Origin: Candidatus Bathyarchaeota archaeon
GTDB lineage: Archaea > Thermoproteota > Bathyarchaeia > Bathyarchaeales > Bathycorpusculaceae
NCBI GenBank assembly: GCA_963717465.1
Contig: OY970340.1
Span: forward strand, 1,408,001-1,472,000
Reading direction: 5' to 3'
Length of the DNA stretch: 64,000 nt
The position numbers were made by a program, and so were the translations under genes. Every line of letters begins with the position of its first letter. Position 1 is the stretch's first letter. Below are positions 8,921 through 19,350 of this stretch, in pieces. The notes under the pieces are model-generated. The model had not been told where the DNA came from. It made no database searches and worked only from the letters and a program-made list of their open reading frames with translations.

Positions 8921-9730
8921 TTGGAGCAGATGAATGAAAGTGGAAGCGCAACTATTCCCAGAAGAGCCATTTGGTCAGGAAGCGTAACTATCGGCTTAGT
9001 TAATCTTCCAATTAAATTGTACCCAATGATTTACGATAAAGGGATATCGTTTCGGTTTTTGCATAAAGTCGACGGTCAGCCGCTAAAGTATGTTAAAATG
9101 TGCACTAAAGATGAAAAGATAGTGCCTTGGAACGAGGTTACCCGAGGCTACGAAGTGGCAAAAAACGAGTACGTAACGTTTGACAATAAAGAACTTGATG
9201 CCGTTAAACCCGAGTCTGACCGAAAAATTCGGATCAGCAAGTTCGTCGATTTTTTTTCAGTTGACCCGATTTACTTCGATCGCTCCTACATTTTAATGCC
9301 CGACAAAAGCTCAGACGCCTACAGTCTGCTGTTAACAGCACTTAAGAAAAAGGGTAAAGCAGGTGCAGGCCGAATAACCTTGCGTACAAAAGAGTACCCA
9401 GCGCTTCTGCATACTTACAAGGATTCTTTAATCTTAACAACGTTGCGATATGCAAATGAAGTTGTAGACCCGCAAGGATTTGAAGACTTAAAAAAATTGA
9501 AGTCGCCAGAAAAAACCGAGTTAGATTTAGCCGTAAAAATCGTTACAGATCTATCTGGAGAATTTGACATCACCGAATTTGAAGACAACTATAAACGAAA
9601 AATTGAGGAACTAATAGAAAAGAAGCTTAAAGGCGAAAAAATTAAGGTTGAAAAACCAGTTACTGAAGAAGCTAAGGGTCTTATGGTTGCTCTTCGAGAA
9701 ACCCTTAAACAGTTGGAAAAGCAGAAATGA
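8921..9730 (+). CDS. ku: Prokaryotic Ku protein
   Basis: RAIWSGSVTIGLVNLPIKLY, RGYEVAK, DPIYFDRSY and LTTLRYANEV motifs. Confidence 0.95.
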   Translation: MEQMNESGSATIPRRAIWSGSVTIGLVNLPIKLYPMIYDKGISFRFLHKVDGQPLKYVKMCTKDEKIVPWNEVTRGYEVAKNEYVTFDNKELDAVKPESDRKIRISKFVDFFSVDPIYFDRSYILMPDKSSDAYSLLLTALKKKGKAGAGRITLRTKEYPALLHTYKDSLILTTLRYANEVVDPQGFEDLKKLKSPEKTELDLAVKIVTDLSGEFDITEFEDNYKRKIEELIEKKLKGEKIKVEKPVTEEAKGLMVALRETLKQLEKQK

Positions 9731-11125
9731 ACCAGCGCATCTACAAGCCTATGCTTAGCAAAAGTTACCCCTGAACCCTTTTCAGATGCAGACTGGTTTT
9801 TCGAGGTGAAATGGGACGGATTCAGAGCAATAGCCTATATAAACGGTCAACTCAGTGTAAAAAGCCGAAACCAGAAAGAATTATTGCAGAATTTTCCAGA
9901 ATTAACCGAGCTAAAACGCTTATGCAGCAACGTGGTTCTTGACGGAGAAATCATCGTTATGCAAAAAGGAAAGCCTGACTTTCAAGCTTTACTTGAGCGT
10001 GGACAAGCCGCTTCTCCGCTTGAAATTCAACGACAAACTAAACGAGCATCAGCGACATACATCGTTTTTGACATTTTGGAGAAAGATGCACGGTCGCTTG
10101 TTGATTTGCCGTTGGTTGAACGGAAAAAAATTTTGCAGAATTCTCTTCGGGAAGGTGCAAATGTTCTAGTCTCCGATTTCATAGAAGAAAAAGGTGAAGC
10201 GTACTACCAGTCAGTAATCGATAAAGGATTAGAAGGCTTGATTGCTAAAAGAAAAGATAGTTCATATGAAGAGGGTCGCAGGAGTGGAAATTGGTTGAAG
10301 ATTAAAAGGCTCAAAAGTTGTGATTGCATAATCTTCGGTTACACAAAAGGTTCCAAGAATAGGGCATCAACTTTTGGAGCATTACTACTTGGATTACTCG
10401 ATAAAGAAGGCAAGCCAGTTTACGTTGGTAAAGTCGGGACAGGATTCACTCAAAAGACGCTTCAAAATTTATCCAGTAAATTTGAAGTTTTAGCGACTGA
10501 TGCTGCCCCTTTTACTCCTGAAGCAAGTGACGAAGTTGTCTGGTTAAAACCAGAGTTGGTTTGTGAAGTAATATACCAATCATTAACGCGGGATACTAGG
10601 CTTCGGATGGCGCGTTTTCAACGTTTAAGAACTGATAAAACACCGCAAGAATGCACCATTGACCAGATTGCTGAAGAAAAGCTTTCAGAATACAGTGCGA
10701 AACGCGATTTTAAAGCAACTCCCGAACCCACAGGAAGCGAAAAGAAAAGCAAAGGACTGATTTTTGTTGTTCAAGAGCACAATGCTCGAAGACTTCATTT
10801 TGACTTCAGATTAGAAAACAGTGGAGTTTTAAAAAGCTGGGCAGTTCCAAAAGGAATTCCAGAAAATTCTGGGGAAAAACGGCTCGCAGTGGAAACTGAG
10901 GATCATCCGCTTGATTATGCTAATTTTGAAGGCTCAATTCCTGAGGGTCATTATGGAGCGGGCACTGTAAAGATTTGGGACAAGGGTGAATACGAGCCTA
11001 AATTTTGGAGCGACCAAAAAATAGAATTTACACTTAAAGGCGAACGGTTGAGAGGGTCTTTTGCTTTAGTTAGGCTAAAGAAGGCTGGAGAGAAAAGCTG
11101 GCTTCTGCTTAAGGGACGCGACTAA
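9727..11125 (+). CDS. ligD: ATP-dependent DNA ligase fused to a C-terminal LigD 3'-phosphoesterase domain; +1 frameshift at ~9757
   Basis: ATG 9727 overlaps the Ku stop (ATGA): MNQRIYKPML / AKVTPEPFSDADWFFEVKWDG. Ligase motifs LDGEI, FDIL, EGLIAK, WLKIK and an OB domain, then PE motifs FVVQEHNARRLHFDFRLE, SWAVPKG and EDHP. Confidence 0.9.
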
Positions 11126-11911
11126 ATGCGAGAGTTTCATTTTGGAACTTTAGGTTGGAGCTACAATTTCTGGAAAGGCAACTTTTATCCGAAAAAACTT
11201 TCTTCAAGAATGTTTCTGTCATACTACTCTAAAATTTTCAATTCAGTAGAAATCGAAGGCACCTTCTATCGCATCCCACGAGAGGAAAGCGTGTTAAGCT
11301 GGAAAGAGCAAACGCCTGAGGATTTCGTTTTCTCAATAAAGTTTCCGCAAATAATAACTCACATAAAAATGTTCAAAGATTGCGAGGAAGAAACAAGCGT
11401 TTTTCTTGAGAGAGTTAAGCTTTTAGGTAGAAAGCTATGTTGTCTGCTGATCCAACTGCCGCCTACCTTCAAAAAAGAACACTTCAATTTTTTACATGGT
11501 TTTCTGAAAAGCCTTCCCAGAGAAATTCGCTATGTAGTCGAAGTCAGAAATAAAAACTTGCTAAATAATGACTTGTACTCTTTGCTTAAACGCTATAACG
11601 TAGTTTTGGCTTGGGTGGATAATCCCATGGTATCCACAATTAGTGAAGTTACTTCTGATTTTATCTATGTGCGTTGGGAGGGAGACCGAAAAAAGGTTAA
11701 CGGCATGTTGGGCACAGTGGAAGTTAACCGGGAGAATGACATAAAGTTGTGGGCTGATAAAATTAAGCTGTTGTTGGAGACTCATGTGGTTTTCGGTTAC
11801 TTTTCAAAGTATTATTCCGGCTATCCCGTAGCGGATGTCCATTGCCTGTTGAATTTTTTGGGAATAAAAAATGTTGCCAATAGCAATTTGTTTAGTCAAA
11901 CTCAATTTTAA
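11126..11911 (+). CDS. DUF72 (YecE-like TIM barrel) protein
   Basis: GTLGWSYNFW..FYP, FNSVEIEGTFY, LIQLPP, VEVR and YVRWEG. Abuts the ligase stop. Confidence 0.9.
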   Translation: MREFHFGTLGWSYNFWKGNFYPKKLSSRMFLSYYSKIFNSVEIEGTFYRIPREESVLSWKEQTPEDFVFSIKFPQIITHIKMFKDCEEETSVFLERVKLLGRKLCCLLIQLPPTFKKEHFNFLHGFLKSLPREIRYVVEVRNKNLLNNDLYSLLKRYNVVLAWVDNPMVSTISEVTSDFIYVRWEGDRKKVNGMLGTVEVNRENDIKLWADKIKLLLETHVVFGYFSKYYSGYPVADVHCLLNFLGIKNVANSNLFSQTQF

Positions 11912-12163
11912 ATTCTGGTTTGTTCCTTTTGGATAATGTGATGCTGAGTGTTGAAGTGTTTTCTGAAATTAGGCTATTTGTATGCCCTTCTTATCAATAT
12001 CATCCCAGAATAACATGCCCATAGTTATTTGCGGCCTTTTACGATTGTTTGATTTTGCCTCCTATTTATAAATTTTTCATCATGGGTAAACATATTTTTT
12101 AATGAAAAAAGTTTAATTACCTTGAAAAAAGAATATAATGAATATATCCGGAGTGTATTTGGC

Positions 12164-12244
12164 ATAAAGCTTTTTAATCATACATGGCGTAATATTGGTT
12201 TCATAAAAATATGGATTAACAATTCAGAGGTTTAATAAACAGCA
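12164..12244 (+). promoter_or_regulatory. Conserved promoter/leader of module-leader gene, copy 1
   Basis: ATAAAGcTTTTTAA (BRE/TATA-like), gtaatattg..ttc..AAAAATA and AGAGGTTTAATAAAC; shared with 30798-30882 and 39217-39288. Confidence 0.7.
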
Positions 12245-12625
12245 ATGACGAATTCATATCAAGAAGATACCTCCAGTTCCCTGGAGAGAGATAATTTGAT
12301 AAAGTTACGGCTGAGGGCAATGCGCGCCGGCGTCTGGTTTAGACGCCTGTCGAGAATAGATCGCGCTCTAGTAGATTTGACGATAAGGGTTGCAAAGGAT
12401 AGAATTTATGGCGTTTCATTGGTTCATCGCCTTTTAACTGTTGCATCCAAGCTTGAGGGTCTTTTTGAAAGCAAACTTTCCGTTATGGCAAGGCAAGTGG
12501 GTATGCCACTGGCAAGCAAACTCAGTTGTTTGGCAATGAAATGGGGTAATGTTGCGGCAAAGTTTTGGATTGACAATTCCAAGTTTGCCCGATATCTAGC
12601 GGTCGTGGAGTTGAATGCTTATTAG
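12245..12625 (+). CDS. Uncharacterised basic helical protein, paralog 1 of 3
   Basis: LRLRAMRAGVWF..L.RIDR.LV.LTIRV...KWGN..A..W....FARYL conserved in three copies. Confidence 0.85.
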   Translation: MTNSYQEDTSSSLERDNLIKLRLRAMRAGVWFRRLSRIDRALVDLTIRVAKDRIYGVSLVHRLLTVASKLEGLFESKLSVMARQVGMPLASKLSCLAMKWGNVAAKFWIDNSKFARYLAVVELNAY

Positions 12626-12706
12626 CCAAATCTTTGTATCGAGTTTTATTCAACTTGTTAGTTTTCTAAATTGCCCAATTAAAAATGACCATGAGGCGGC
12701 TTTTTA

Positions 12707-13417
12707 ATGGGTCAAGTTGCTTTATCCTTTGTCATTCCAGCTTACAATGAAGAAGATTTCATTGAAGATTCACTGGGCGAATTAGATTCGATTATTAAGA
12801 GTGAGAATTTACCGTATGAGATAGTTGTAGTTAACGATGGCAGTCATGATAAAACCCTATTAAACGCTCTCAGTTATGCAAAGAGAAATGAACATGTCAA
12901 AGTCGTAACGTATTCAGAAAATATGGGCAAAGGATATGCTGTTAAAACTGGCTTTAAGCAGGCCAGTGGTGATGTTGTAATCTTCGTTGATAGTGATATG
13001 GAGGTCGATTTAAAAAACATTTCAACATACATTGACGCTTTGAAATATGGTGATATTGCTATCGCTTCTAAAACTCATCCTGATTCTCAAGTAGATGTTC
13101 CTTTCTCTCGCAAGATTCTGAGTTTTTGTTTTAATACTTTGGTTCGCTTCCTAACCGGAGTGCCTCTTAAAGACACCCAATCTGGACTCAAAGCAATGAA
13201 GAAAAGCGCGTTTGAAGACATTTTTCCCAAATTGATTGTAAAGCGATATGCTTTCGACGTGGAATTGTTGGCAGTGGCAAATCTCTACAAATTACAAATT
13301 GTTGAAATGCCTGTAAAGATTAAGCTCGATTCATCCTTCAAGATGAATCAAATACGTTTAATGCTTATAGACTTGTTCAAGATAGCCTATAGGCTTAGAG
13401 TTACCCACGCTTATTAA
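12707..13417 (+). CDS. GT2 glycosyltransferase (polyprenol-phosphate glycosyltransferase-like)
   Basis: VIPAYNEE, NDGSHD, GKGYAV, DSD, DTQSGLK and FDVELL. Confidence 0.9.
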   Translation: MGQVALSFVIPAYNEEDFIEDSLGELDSIIKSENLPYEIVVVNDGSHDKTLLNALSYAKRNEHVKVVTYSENMGKGYAVKTGFKQASGDVVIFVDSDMEVDLKNISTYIDALKYGDIAIASKTHPDSQVDVPFSRKILSFCFNTLVRFLTGVPLKDTQSGLKAMKKSAFEDIFPKLIVKRYAFDVELLAVANLYKLQIVEMPVKIKLDSSFKMNQIRLMLIDLFKIAYRLRVTHAY

Positions 13418-13472
13418 CGCCAGAATTCAAATAAAGACAGATTCGAAAAAGCGCTCTCGTCTGTTATATCGT

Positions 13473-14441
13473 ATGGATGGTTTAATGTCATCGAAACCCT
13501 CTGTTTCTATAGTAATTCCCTGCAAAAATATTGATGCCTACACCAAAGAATGTATTGACCAGTGCAAACGCCTAAATTATTCAAACTTTGAAATTATACT
13601 GCTCCCTGATATTGAAAATGAAAAAATTGACGACATTAAGACTATCGTTACTGGTTCAGTTTCTCCAGGAGCCAAAAGAAATATAGGCGTCAAGAATTCA
13701 ACGGCTGAATTCTGTGCATTCATAGACAATGACGCTTATCCTCGAAGCGACTGGTTGACTAATGCTTTAAAGTATTTCAAGGACCCACTTATTGGCGCTG
13801 TTGGTGGTCCGGGGTTAACGCCTGAAAGTGATGATTTCATGCAAAAAGCAGGAGGGTACGTTTTATCGTCTTTCATGGTTGGTAGCCTATCAAATAGGTA
13901 CAAAACTGAAAACTGTTATGAGTCAGATGATGTACATTCATGCAACTTTATAGCTAGAAAAAATGTAATTGAAGAAGCTGGCGGCTGGAGTGAAAAATAC
14001 TGGCCTGGCGAAGACACCTTAATGTGTCTGGCAATCAAAAAATCAGGTAAAAAGCTCCTAGACGCTTCTGACGTCATAGTGTTTCACCATCGTCGTACTC
14101 TTTTTAGTCAACATTCAAAGCAAGTTTCACGGTTTGGAGAACATAGAGGTTTTTTCGTCAAAAAATTTCCTGAAAATTCATTTAAGCTAACTTATTTTTT
14201 TCCATCTATACTACTTATTGCACTTGCTGTTGGAATAGTCCTTTCGTTGATTGTTCCCTTTTTTATTTATGTTTTCTTAATCGGTCTATCGATTTATCTT
14301 ATCTCGAGTTTAGTTGCTGCGGGTTTGCAGACAAAAAACATTAAGTTATTGTTTACAGTTTGGTCTGGTATCATTGTAACCCATTTAGTTTATGGATTTT
14401 ATTTTCTATCTGGTTTGGCGAAGGGTAATTTAAAAAGATGA
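13473..14441 (+). CDS. GT2 glycosyltransferase with C-terminal TM helices
   Basis: SIVIP, KRNIG, FIDNDA, GED and a hydrophobic C-terminus. Confidence 0.9.
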   Translation: MDGLMSSKPSVSIVIPCKNIDAYTKECIDQCKRLNYSNFEIILLPDIENEKIDDIKTIVTGSVSPGAKRNIGVKNSTAEFCAFIDNDAYPRSDWLTNALKYFKDPLIGAVGGPGLTPESDDFMQKAGGYVLSSFMVGSLSNRYKTENCYESDDVHSCNFIARKNVIEEAGGWSEKYWPGEDTLMCLAIKKSGKKLLDASDVIVFHHRRTLFSQHSKQVSRFGEHRGFFVKKFPENSFKLTYFFPSILLIALAVGIVLSLIVPFFIYVFLIGLSIYLISSLVAAGLQTKNIKLLFTVWSGIIVTHLVYGFYFLSGLAKGNLKR

Positions 14442-15910
14442 AGATCAACATATCTTATCCTCCTATTCATTCGGGAAAAGGTGTGCCTTTACTTAGCCAG
14501 AATAGACAGTTCCAGTATTTTCAATCACCCACATACATTTATCCTGTCGTTCCCGCATATGCAGCGACTTTGCTACATAACGCAGGTTTTGAAGTGCTCT
14601 GGGACGATGGCATAGCAGAAGAAAAGACCCTCAATCGCTGGTTAAGTGACCTTGAACGAGCTAATCCAGATGTAATCATGATTGAAACGAAGACACCCGT
14701 TGTGAAAAAACACTGGTCTATAATTAATGATGTAAAGAAAATTCTGCCTTCTTCAAAAGTGGTTCTTGTGGGAGATCACGTTACTGCGTTGCCTCAGGAA
14801 TCAATGGAGCAAAGTAATGTTGATTTTATCCTCACAGGCGGTGACTATGACTTTCTAATGCTAAACTTAGTTAACTACCTGAGCGACAAGGTCAAACAGC
14901 TTGAATCAGGCGTTTGGTTCAGGGAAGATGAAACCGTAAAGAACACTGGTCCTTTCCGGTTAAATCATAGTCTAGATGATTTACCACCTATTAACCGTGA
15001 CTTAACAAGATGGGACCTTTATAATGAAAAAAACGGTAACTTCAAAGCTATTCCAGGCGCCTACACGATGGCAGGTCGGGATTGTTGGTGGCGAAAAGAC
15101 GGCGGCTGCACTTTTTGCTCATGGCCAACTTTATATCCGACCTTCAGAGCGATGAAACCTGAGAAATTGGCAGACGAAATTGGATTATTAATTGACAATT
15201 ATAAAGTTAAAACAGTTTTTGATGACACTGGATGTTTTCCAGCTGGAGAATGGCTGAGGAAATTTTCGAATTTGATGATCGAACGCGGATATAATAAGCG
15301 CGTAGAATTTAGCTGCAACATGCGCTTCGGAGCGTTAAAACAAGAAGATTATCACCTGATGAGGAAAGCCGGTTTTAAGATGCTTCTTTTCGGCATAGAA
15401 TCTGGCAGTCAGGTCACACTTGATCGGCTAAATAAAGGAACAAACATAAATTCAATCATAAACGAGTGCAAATTACCCGCAACGGAAGGATTAGAGCCAC
15501 ACATAACGATTATGGTGGGTTACCCTTGGGAAACGCGTCAAGAAGCTCTAAGTACTGTAAATGTGGCTAAAACCCTGATGCAGAAAGGCTGGGCCATCAC
15601 ACTTCAATCCACTGTTGTTATTCCTTATCCAGGAAGTAAATTGTACGCTGAAGCCCTAAGGAACGGCTGGTTCCGAGTTGATCCGAAGGATTATGAACGT
15701 TTTGATATGAAAGAACCTGTCATGACTGCTCCTGATATGACTCCTGAGGAAGTAATGAAAATTTGCGATGAAATATACAAGGTATTCCTAACACCACGCT
15801 ATATGTTTAAGCAGCTACTTCGAATACGCTCTCTAAGAGACCTAAAATATTCTTTAAAAGGCGCTAGCAAAGTTTTGGGGCACCTAAAAGACTTTGACAA
15901 AAAGGAGTAA
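14438..15910 (+). CDS. B12-binding radical SAM protein (CX7CX2C variant)
   Basis: N-terminal cobalamin-binding-like domain; GRDCWWRKDGGCTFC; FGIESGSQ, MVGYPWET and PYPGS. Confidence 0.88.
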   Translation: MKINISYPPIHSGKGVPLLSQNRQFQYFQSPTYIYPVVPAYAATLLHNAGFEVLWDDGIAEEKTLNRWLSDLERANPDVIMIETKTPVVKKHWSIINDVKKILPSSKVVLVGDHVTALPQESMEQSNVDFILTGGDYDFLMLNLVNYLSDKVKQLESGVWFREDETVKNTGPFRLNHSLDDLPPINRDLTRWDLYNEKNGNFKAIPGAYTMAGRDCWWRKDGGCTFCSWPTLYPTFRAMKPEKLADEIGLLIDNYKVKTVFDDTGCFPAGEWLRKFSNLMIERGYNKRVEFSCNMRFGALKQEDYHLMRKAGFKMLLFGIESGSQVTLDRLNKGTNINSIINECKLPATEGLEPHITIMVGYPWETRQEALSTVNVAKTLMQKGWAITLQSTVVIPYPGSKLYAEALRNGWFRVDPKDYERFDMKEPVMTAPDMTPEEVMKICDEIYKVFLTPRYMFKQLLRIRSLRDLKYSLKGASKVLGHLKDFDKKE

Positions 15911-16748
15911 CCTGGCATCCAATATTCTTTCTGTCGAAGCAACAAAGCCACTCGTTTCTGTTGTCGTCACAACTAAGAATGAAGCAGAAAACATTGGAAA
16001 CTGTCTGCGATCAATAAAAAGTCAAACTTTTAAAAATATTGAACTAATTGTCATTGACAATTTCTCAGAGGATAAAACAGTTGAAATTGCAAAGGATTAT
16101 GGCGCAAACGTTTATTCCAAAGGAAATGAGCGTTCTGTCCAAAGAAACTATGGAGCTAATGTTGCTCATGGCAAATACTTGATTTATCTTGATGCAGATA
16201 TGATTTTAAGTCCAACTGTAATAGAGGAATGTGTAAAAACTTGTGAGGGCGACAATTATGTTGCTTTGCATATTCCTGAACGCATAGTTGGCAGTGGCTT
16301 CTGGATTAGAGTTCGAGATTTTGAACGAAGCTTTTACAACGGAACTGTAATAGACGCAGTGAGGTTCATTCGAAGAGACTTGTTCCTTCAAATAGAAGGG
16401 TTTGATGAAGATCTTATTGGTCCTGAAGATTGGGATCTTGACCGCAAGATAAGAAACATCGGTCGGACTGGAATTATTAGTGCTTGCCTTTTTCATAATG
16501 AGAGAAAATTTGATACCCAGAATTATCTAAGAAAAAAAATCTACTATACGGCCAGCATGAAAAAATACATTGCAAAATGGGGTCATAATGATGAAGAAAT
16601 AAAAAAACAGTTAGGCCTCTCGTACCGGCTTTTTGGAGTTTTCATTGAACAAAACAAATGGAAAAAATTAACAAGAAATCTTCCTTATGCTCTTGCAATG
16701 TACTGGTTAAGGTTTAGAGTCGCGCTTTCTTACTATAAAAATAAGTAA
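15894..16748 (+). CDS. GT2 glycosyltransferase
   Basis: VSVVV, IDNFSED, LDADM and GFDEDL..EDWDL. Confidence 0.9.
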   Translation: MTKRSNLASNILSVEATKPLVSVVVTTKNEAENIGNCLRSIKSQTFKNIELIVIDNFSEDKTVEIAKDYGANVYSKGNERSVQRNYGANVAHGKYLIYLDADMILSPTVIEECVKTCEGDNYVALHIPERIVGSGFWIRVRDFERSFYNGTVIDAVRFIRRDLFLQIEGFDEDLIGPEDWDLDRKIRNIGRTGIISACLFHNERKFDTQNYLRKKIYYTASMKKYIAKWGHNDEEIKKQLGLSYRLFGVFIEQNKWKKLTRNLPYALAMYWLRFRVALSYYKNK

Positions 16749-16827
16749 TAATAGATAAATAAAAATTTGAAATATTTGCTTAGTTCAAAGGATGCACTGA
16801 ATAAAGACGCTTAGTCTTGGTACTAAA

Positions 16828-17967
16828 ATGAAAATTATTGCATTTTTAAATTCTTATACTGAGGGGCTAAGCGGAGGAGACCTGCGATTTATCGAGATTA
16901 TGAAAAGGTTGACGCAGAACGAAGATGTAAAATTAACAATAGTAACGTCAAAACTGGGAAAAAGTCTTTGTAAACTCAGAGGGTTAAATCAATCTTTCGT
17001 GGAAACAACTCAAGAGAATACAACTGGAAATATCTTATCACTTTATGCCAGACGAATTTTCTCTAGCTTATCTATTAAATTAGATTTTTACGGGAGTGTT
17101 TTTTATTCCACATCTGATTTTCTTCCAGATGTATTGCCTGCTTACAGAGCAAAATCTGGAAGTGACATCAAATGGGTTCAGGTAATTCATCATCTGTATG
17201 ATAAACCTTTTTCGAGATTAGGCGAGAACTTTTTTATAAATTTTTTAGGCTTTTTTTCTCAACGATTCAGTTTAATTCTAATTAAAAGAAGAGCAGATTT
17301 AGTTATTGTCGTTAATCCTATCACAAAATTGCAATTGATGAGAATAGGATTTCGCGAAAATAAGATTTCCGTAAATTATAATGGTGTTGATGCTAAAAAG
17401 TTTCATTGCTTTGAAACTTCAATAAAAAAGTATGCAGCTGTTTTTCTTGGAAGACTAAGCGTTTCTAAAGGAATTTTCGATTTAATAGACGTTTGGAAAA
17501 GGGTTACTAAGGAAAAACCTGGTGAAGTTCTTGCAATAATTGGCCGTGGCAATGACCATGTTGAAAAAAGATTAAGAGACTTAATAAAAAATAATAACTT
17601 AGAAAATAACATCAATATTCTTGGCCCCCTGCAGGATCCAGATACAATTTCAATAATGAATAGCAGCAAACTTTTCCTCTTTCCAAGCCACGAGGAAGGT
17701 TTCGGTATTGCAGTTTTGGAAGCAATGGCATGTGGTTTGCCCGTAGTGGCTTGGAATTTATCTGTCTACAAAAACGTATTTTGTCAAGGCATGATTACTA
17801 TTCCAGTGGGAGACTTTGAACGGATGGCAAATGCAGTTTTAGAATTATTGAATAATCCTGAACTAAGAAGCAATATTAGTAAATACTCTCAAATTCTTGC
17901 TTCAAAATATGATTGGAATGATATTGCAAGAAAAGAAAAGTTACTAATAGAAGTTCTTCAAAAATAA
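16828..17967 (+). CDS. GT4 glycosyltransferase
   Basis: YNGVD, FLGRL..KG and PSHEEGFGIAVLEAMACG (EX7E). Confidence 0.92.
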   Translation: MKIIAFLNSYTEGLSGGDLRFIEIMKRLTQNEDVKLTIVTSKLGKSLCKLRGLNQSFVETTQENTTGNILSLYARRIFSSLSIKLDFYGSVFYSTSDFLPDVLPAYRAKSGSDIKWVQVIHHLYDKPFSRLGENFFINFLGFFSQRFSLILIKRRADLVIVVNPITKLQLMRIGFRENKISVNYNGVDAKKFHCFETSIKKYAAVFLGRLSVSKGIFDLIDVWKRVTKEKPGEVLAIIGRGNDHVEKRLRDLIKNNNLENNINILGPLQDPDTISIMNSSKLFLFPSHEEGFGIAVLEAMACGLPVVAWNLSVYKNVFCQGMITIPVGDFERMANAVLELLNNPELRSNISKYSQILASKYDWNDIARKEKLLIEVLQK

Positions 17968-18030
17968 AACATCCGTTATAAGCGTTCACCTTAAGAGCAA
18001 AACTATTACTGAGAAAACTGGGTTAGAAAA

Positions 18031-18583
18031 ATGGTAAGTTTGGAACAAATAATTGATTTTCCGATTTCACTACCTTTTCGACTAAAATGTAAGAAAATTG
18101 GAAAATCATTTTTGATTGGTCCAAATTATTCCTTTATAGGGTGTGACCTTTCAAGCGTGTCTATAGATGACAATGTTAAAATAGGCTTGAGGGCATGGAG
18201 ACAAACTGTTGCTTTACTGGAACGTTCAAAGCCTGTCATTAAAATTGGCGATAACACGTATATTGGAAGAAATGTGGTTATTTAGGCAGCCGAAAAGATT
18301 TCGATAGGTAAGAACTGTTTAATCCTACAACGTTTCTGTTTTAGATCACAACCATGCTTTCGAAAATATAAATTTACCGCCTCTTTTACAAGGGATTGAT
18401 AAACCAGAAGCGATTGAAATAGGTGAAGATTGTTTTTTGGGTGCTCATAGTTTTATCCTTAAGGGTGTTGTGCTGGGTAAGCATTGTATAGTAGACGCCA
18501 ATAGCGTTGTTACTTCTTCTTTTGAGCCCTTTTCTGTTCTTGCGGGTGCGCCTGCAAGAAAAGTTCGAAATCTAAAAGACTAA
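18031..18583 (+). pseudogene. Hexapeptide-repeat O-acetyltransferase pseudogene
   Basis: In-frame TAG at 18283 and a frameshift near 18323. The downstream frame reads DHNH...IEIGEDCFLGAHSFILKGVVLGKHCIV...LAGAPAR. Confidence 0.82.
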
Positions 18584-18692
18584 ATCTTCACAAATCAAAT
18601 TTTCCTCATAAATATCCAATTTCAAGCTCAACTTTTTTAGATAGTTTGAAATAAAAAAGGACATAATAGTATATGGTTTCTGTGTCTTAGAC

Positions 18693-19286
18693 ATGAGCAA
18701 TCCTTTGGTTTCGATAATAGTTTTAAACTTTAACGGGAAAGAGCATCTAAAGAATTGCTTTGAAGCACTTCAAAGGCAAACATAGAAATTTTGAGTGCAT
18801 AATGGTGGATAATTCTTCCACGGATGGATCAATTGAGTGTGTCAAAAATAATTTCTTGTGGGTTAGATTAATCCAAAGTAATAAAAATTTAGGCTATGCT
18901 GGAGGGAACAATATTGGTGCAGAAGTTGCTAATGGAGATTATATTGTTATCCTGAATAACGATACGGAAGTTGATGGTCGCTGGCTTAACGAACTATTGA
19001 GTATTGTAAAATCTGATCTTCGATAGGAATTTGCGGATGCAAAATGATGGAATCAGGACGAAGAAGCATCATAAGCAGTTTTGGGTCATCTTGCGATATT
19101 TACGGTTTTCCATATCCCATAGGTGCCAGTGAGTTAAAGCGCAATCAATTTAATTCGGTTAGGGAAGTTTTTCTTATTGCTGGTGCAAGCTTCATTATAA
19201 AAAGTGATTTTTGGGCAGCACCGGGTGGTTTTGATTCTGAATATTTCGTACACATGGAAGAATTAGATTTATGCTGGCGCGCTTGA
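18693..19286 (+). pseudogene. GT2 glycosyltransferase pseudogene (paralog of 25792-26826)
   Basis: MSNPLVSIIVLNFNG, then frameshifts at ~18785 and ~19025; VDNSSTD, NNDTEV, GGFD...EELDLCWR; C-terminus lost. Confidence 0.82.
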
Positions 19287-19350
19287 TTAATATTTATATG
19301 AGAACTACACTTTAATATTTTTTAAAAGGAAGAATTGGTAGGTCAGAAAA

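Noticed and set aside
12245..12625. The three paralog repeats as IS/MITE copies
   Set aside because: No TIRs, TSDs or transposase motifs; divergence looks protein-constrained.
18283..18285. TAG as a pyrrolysine codon in the acetyltransferase
   Set aside because: A frameshift follows within ~40 nt and no pyl genes are seen; decay is simpler.
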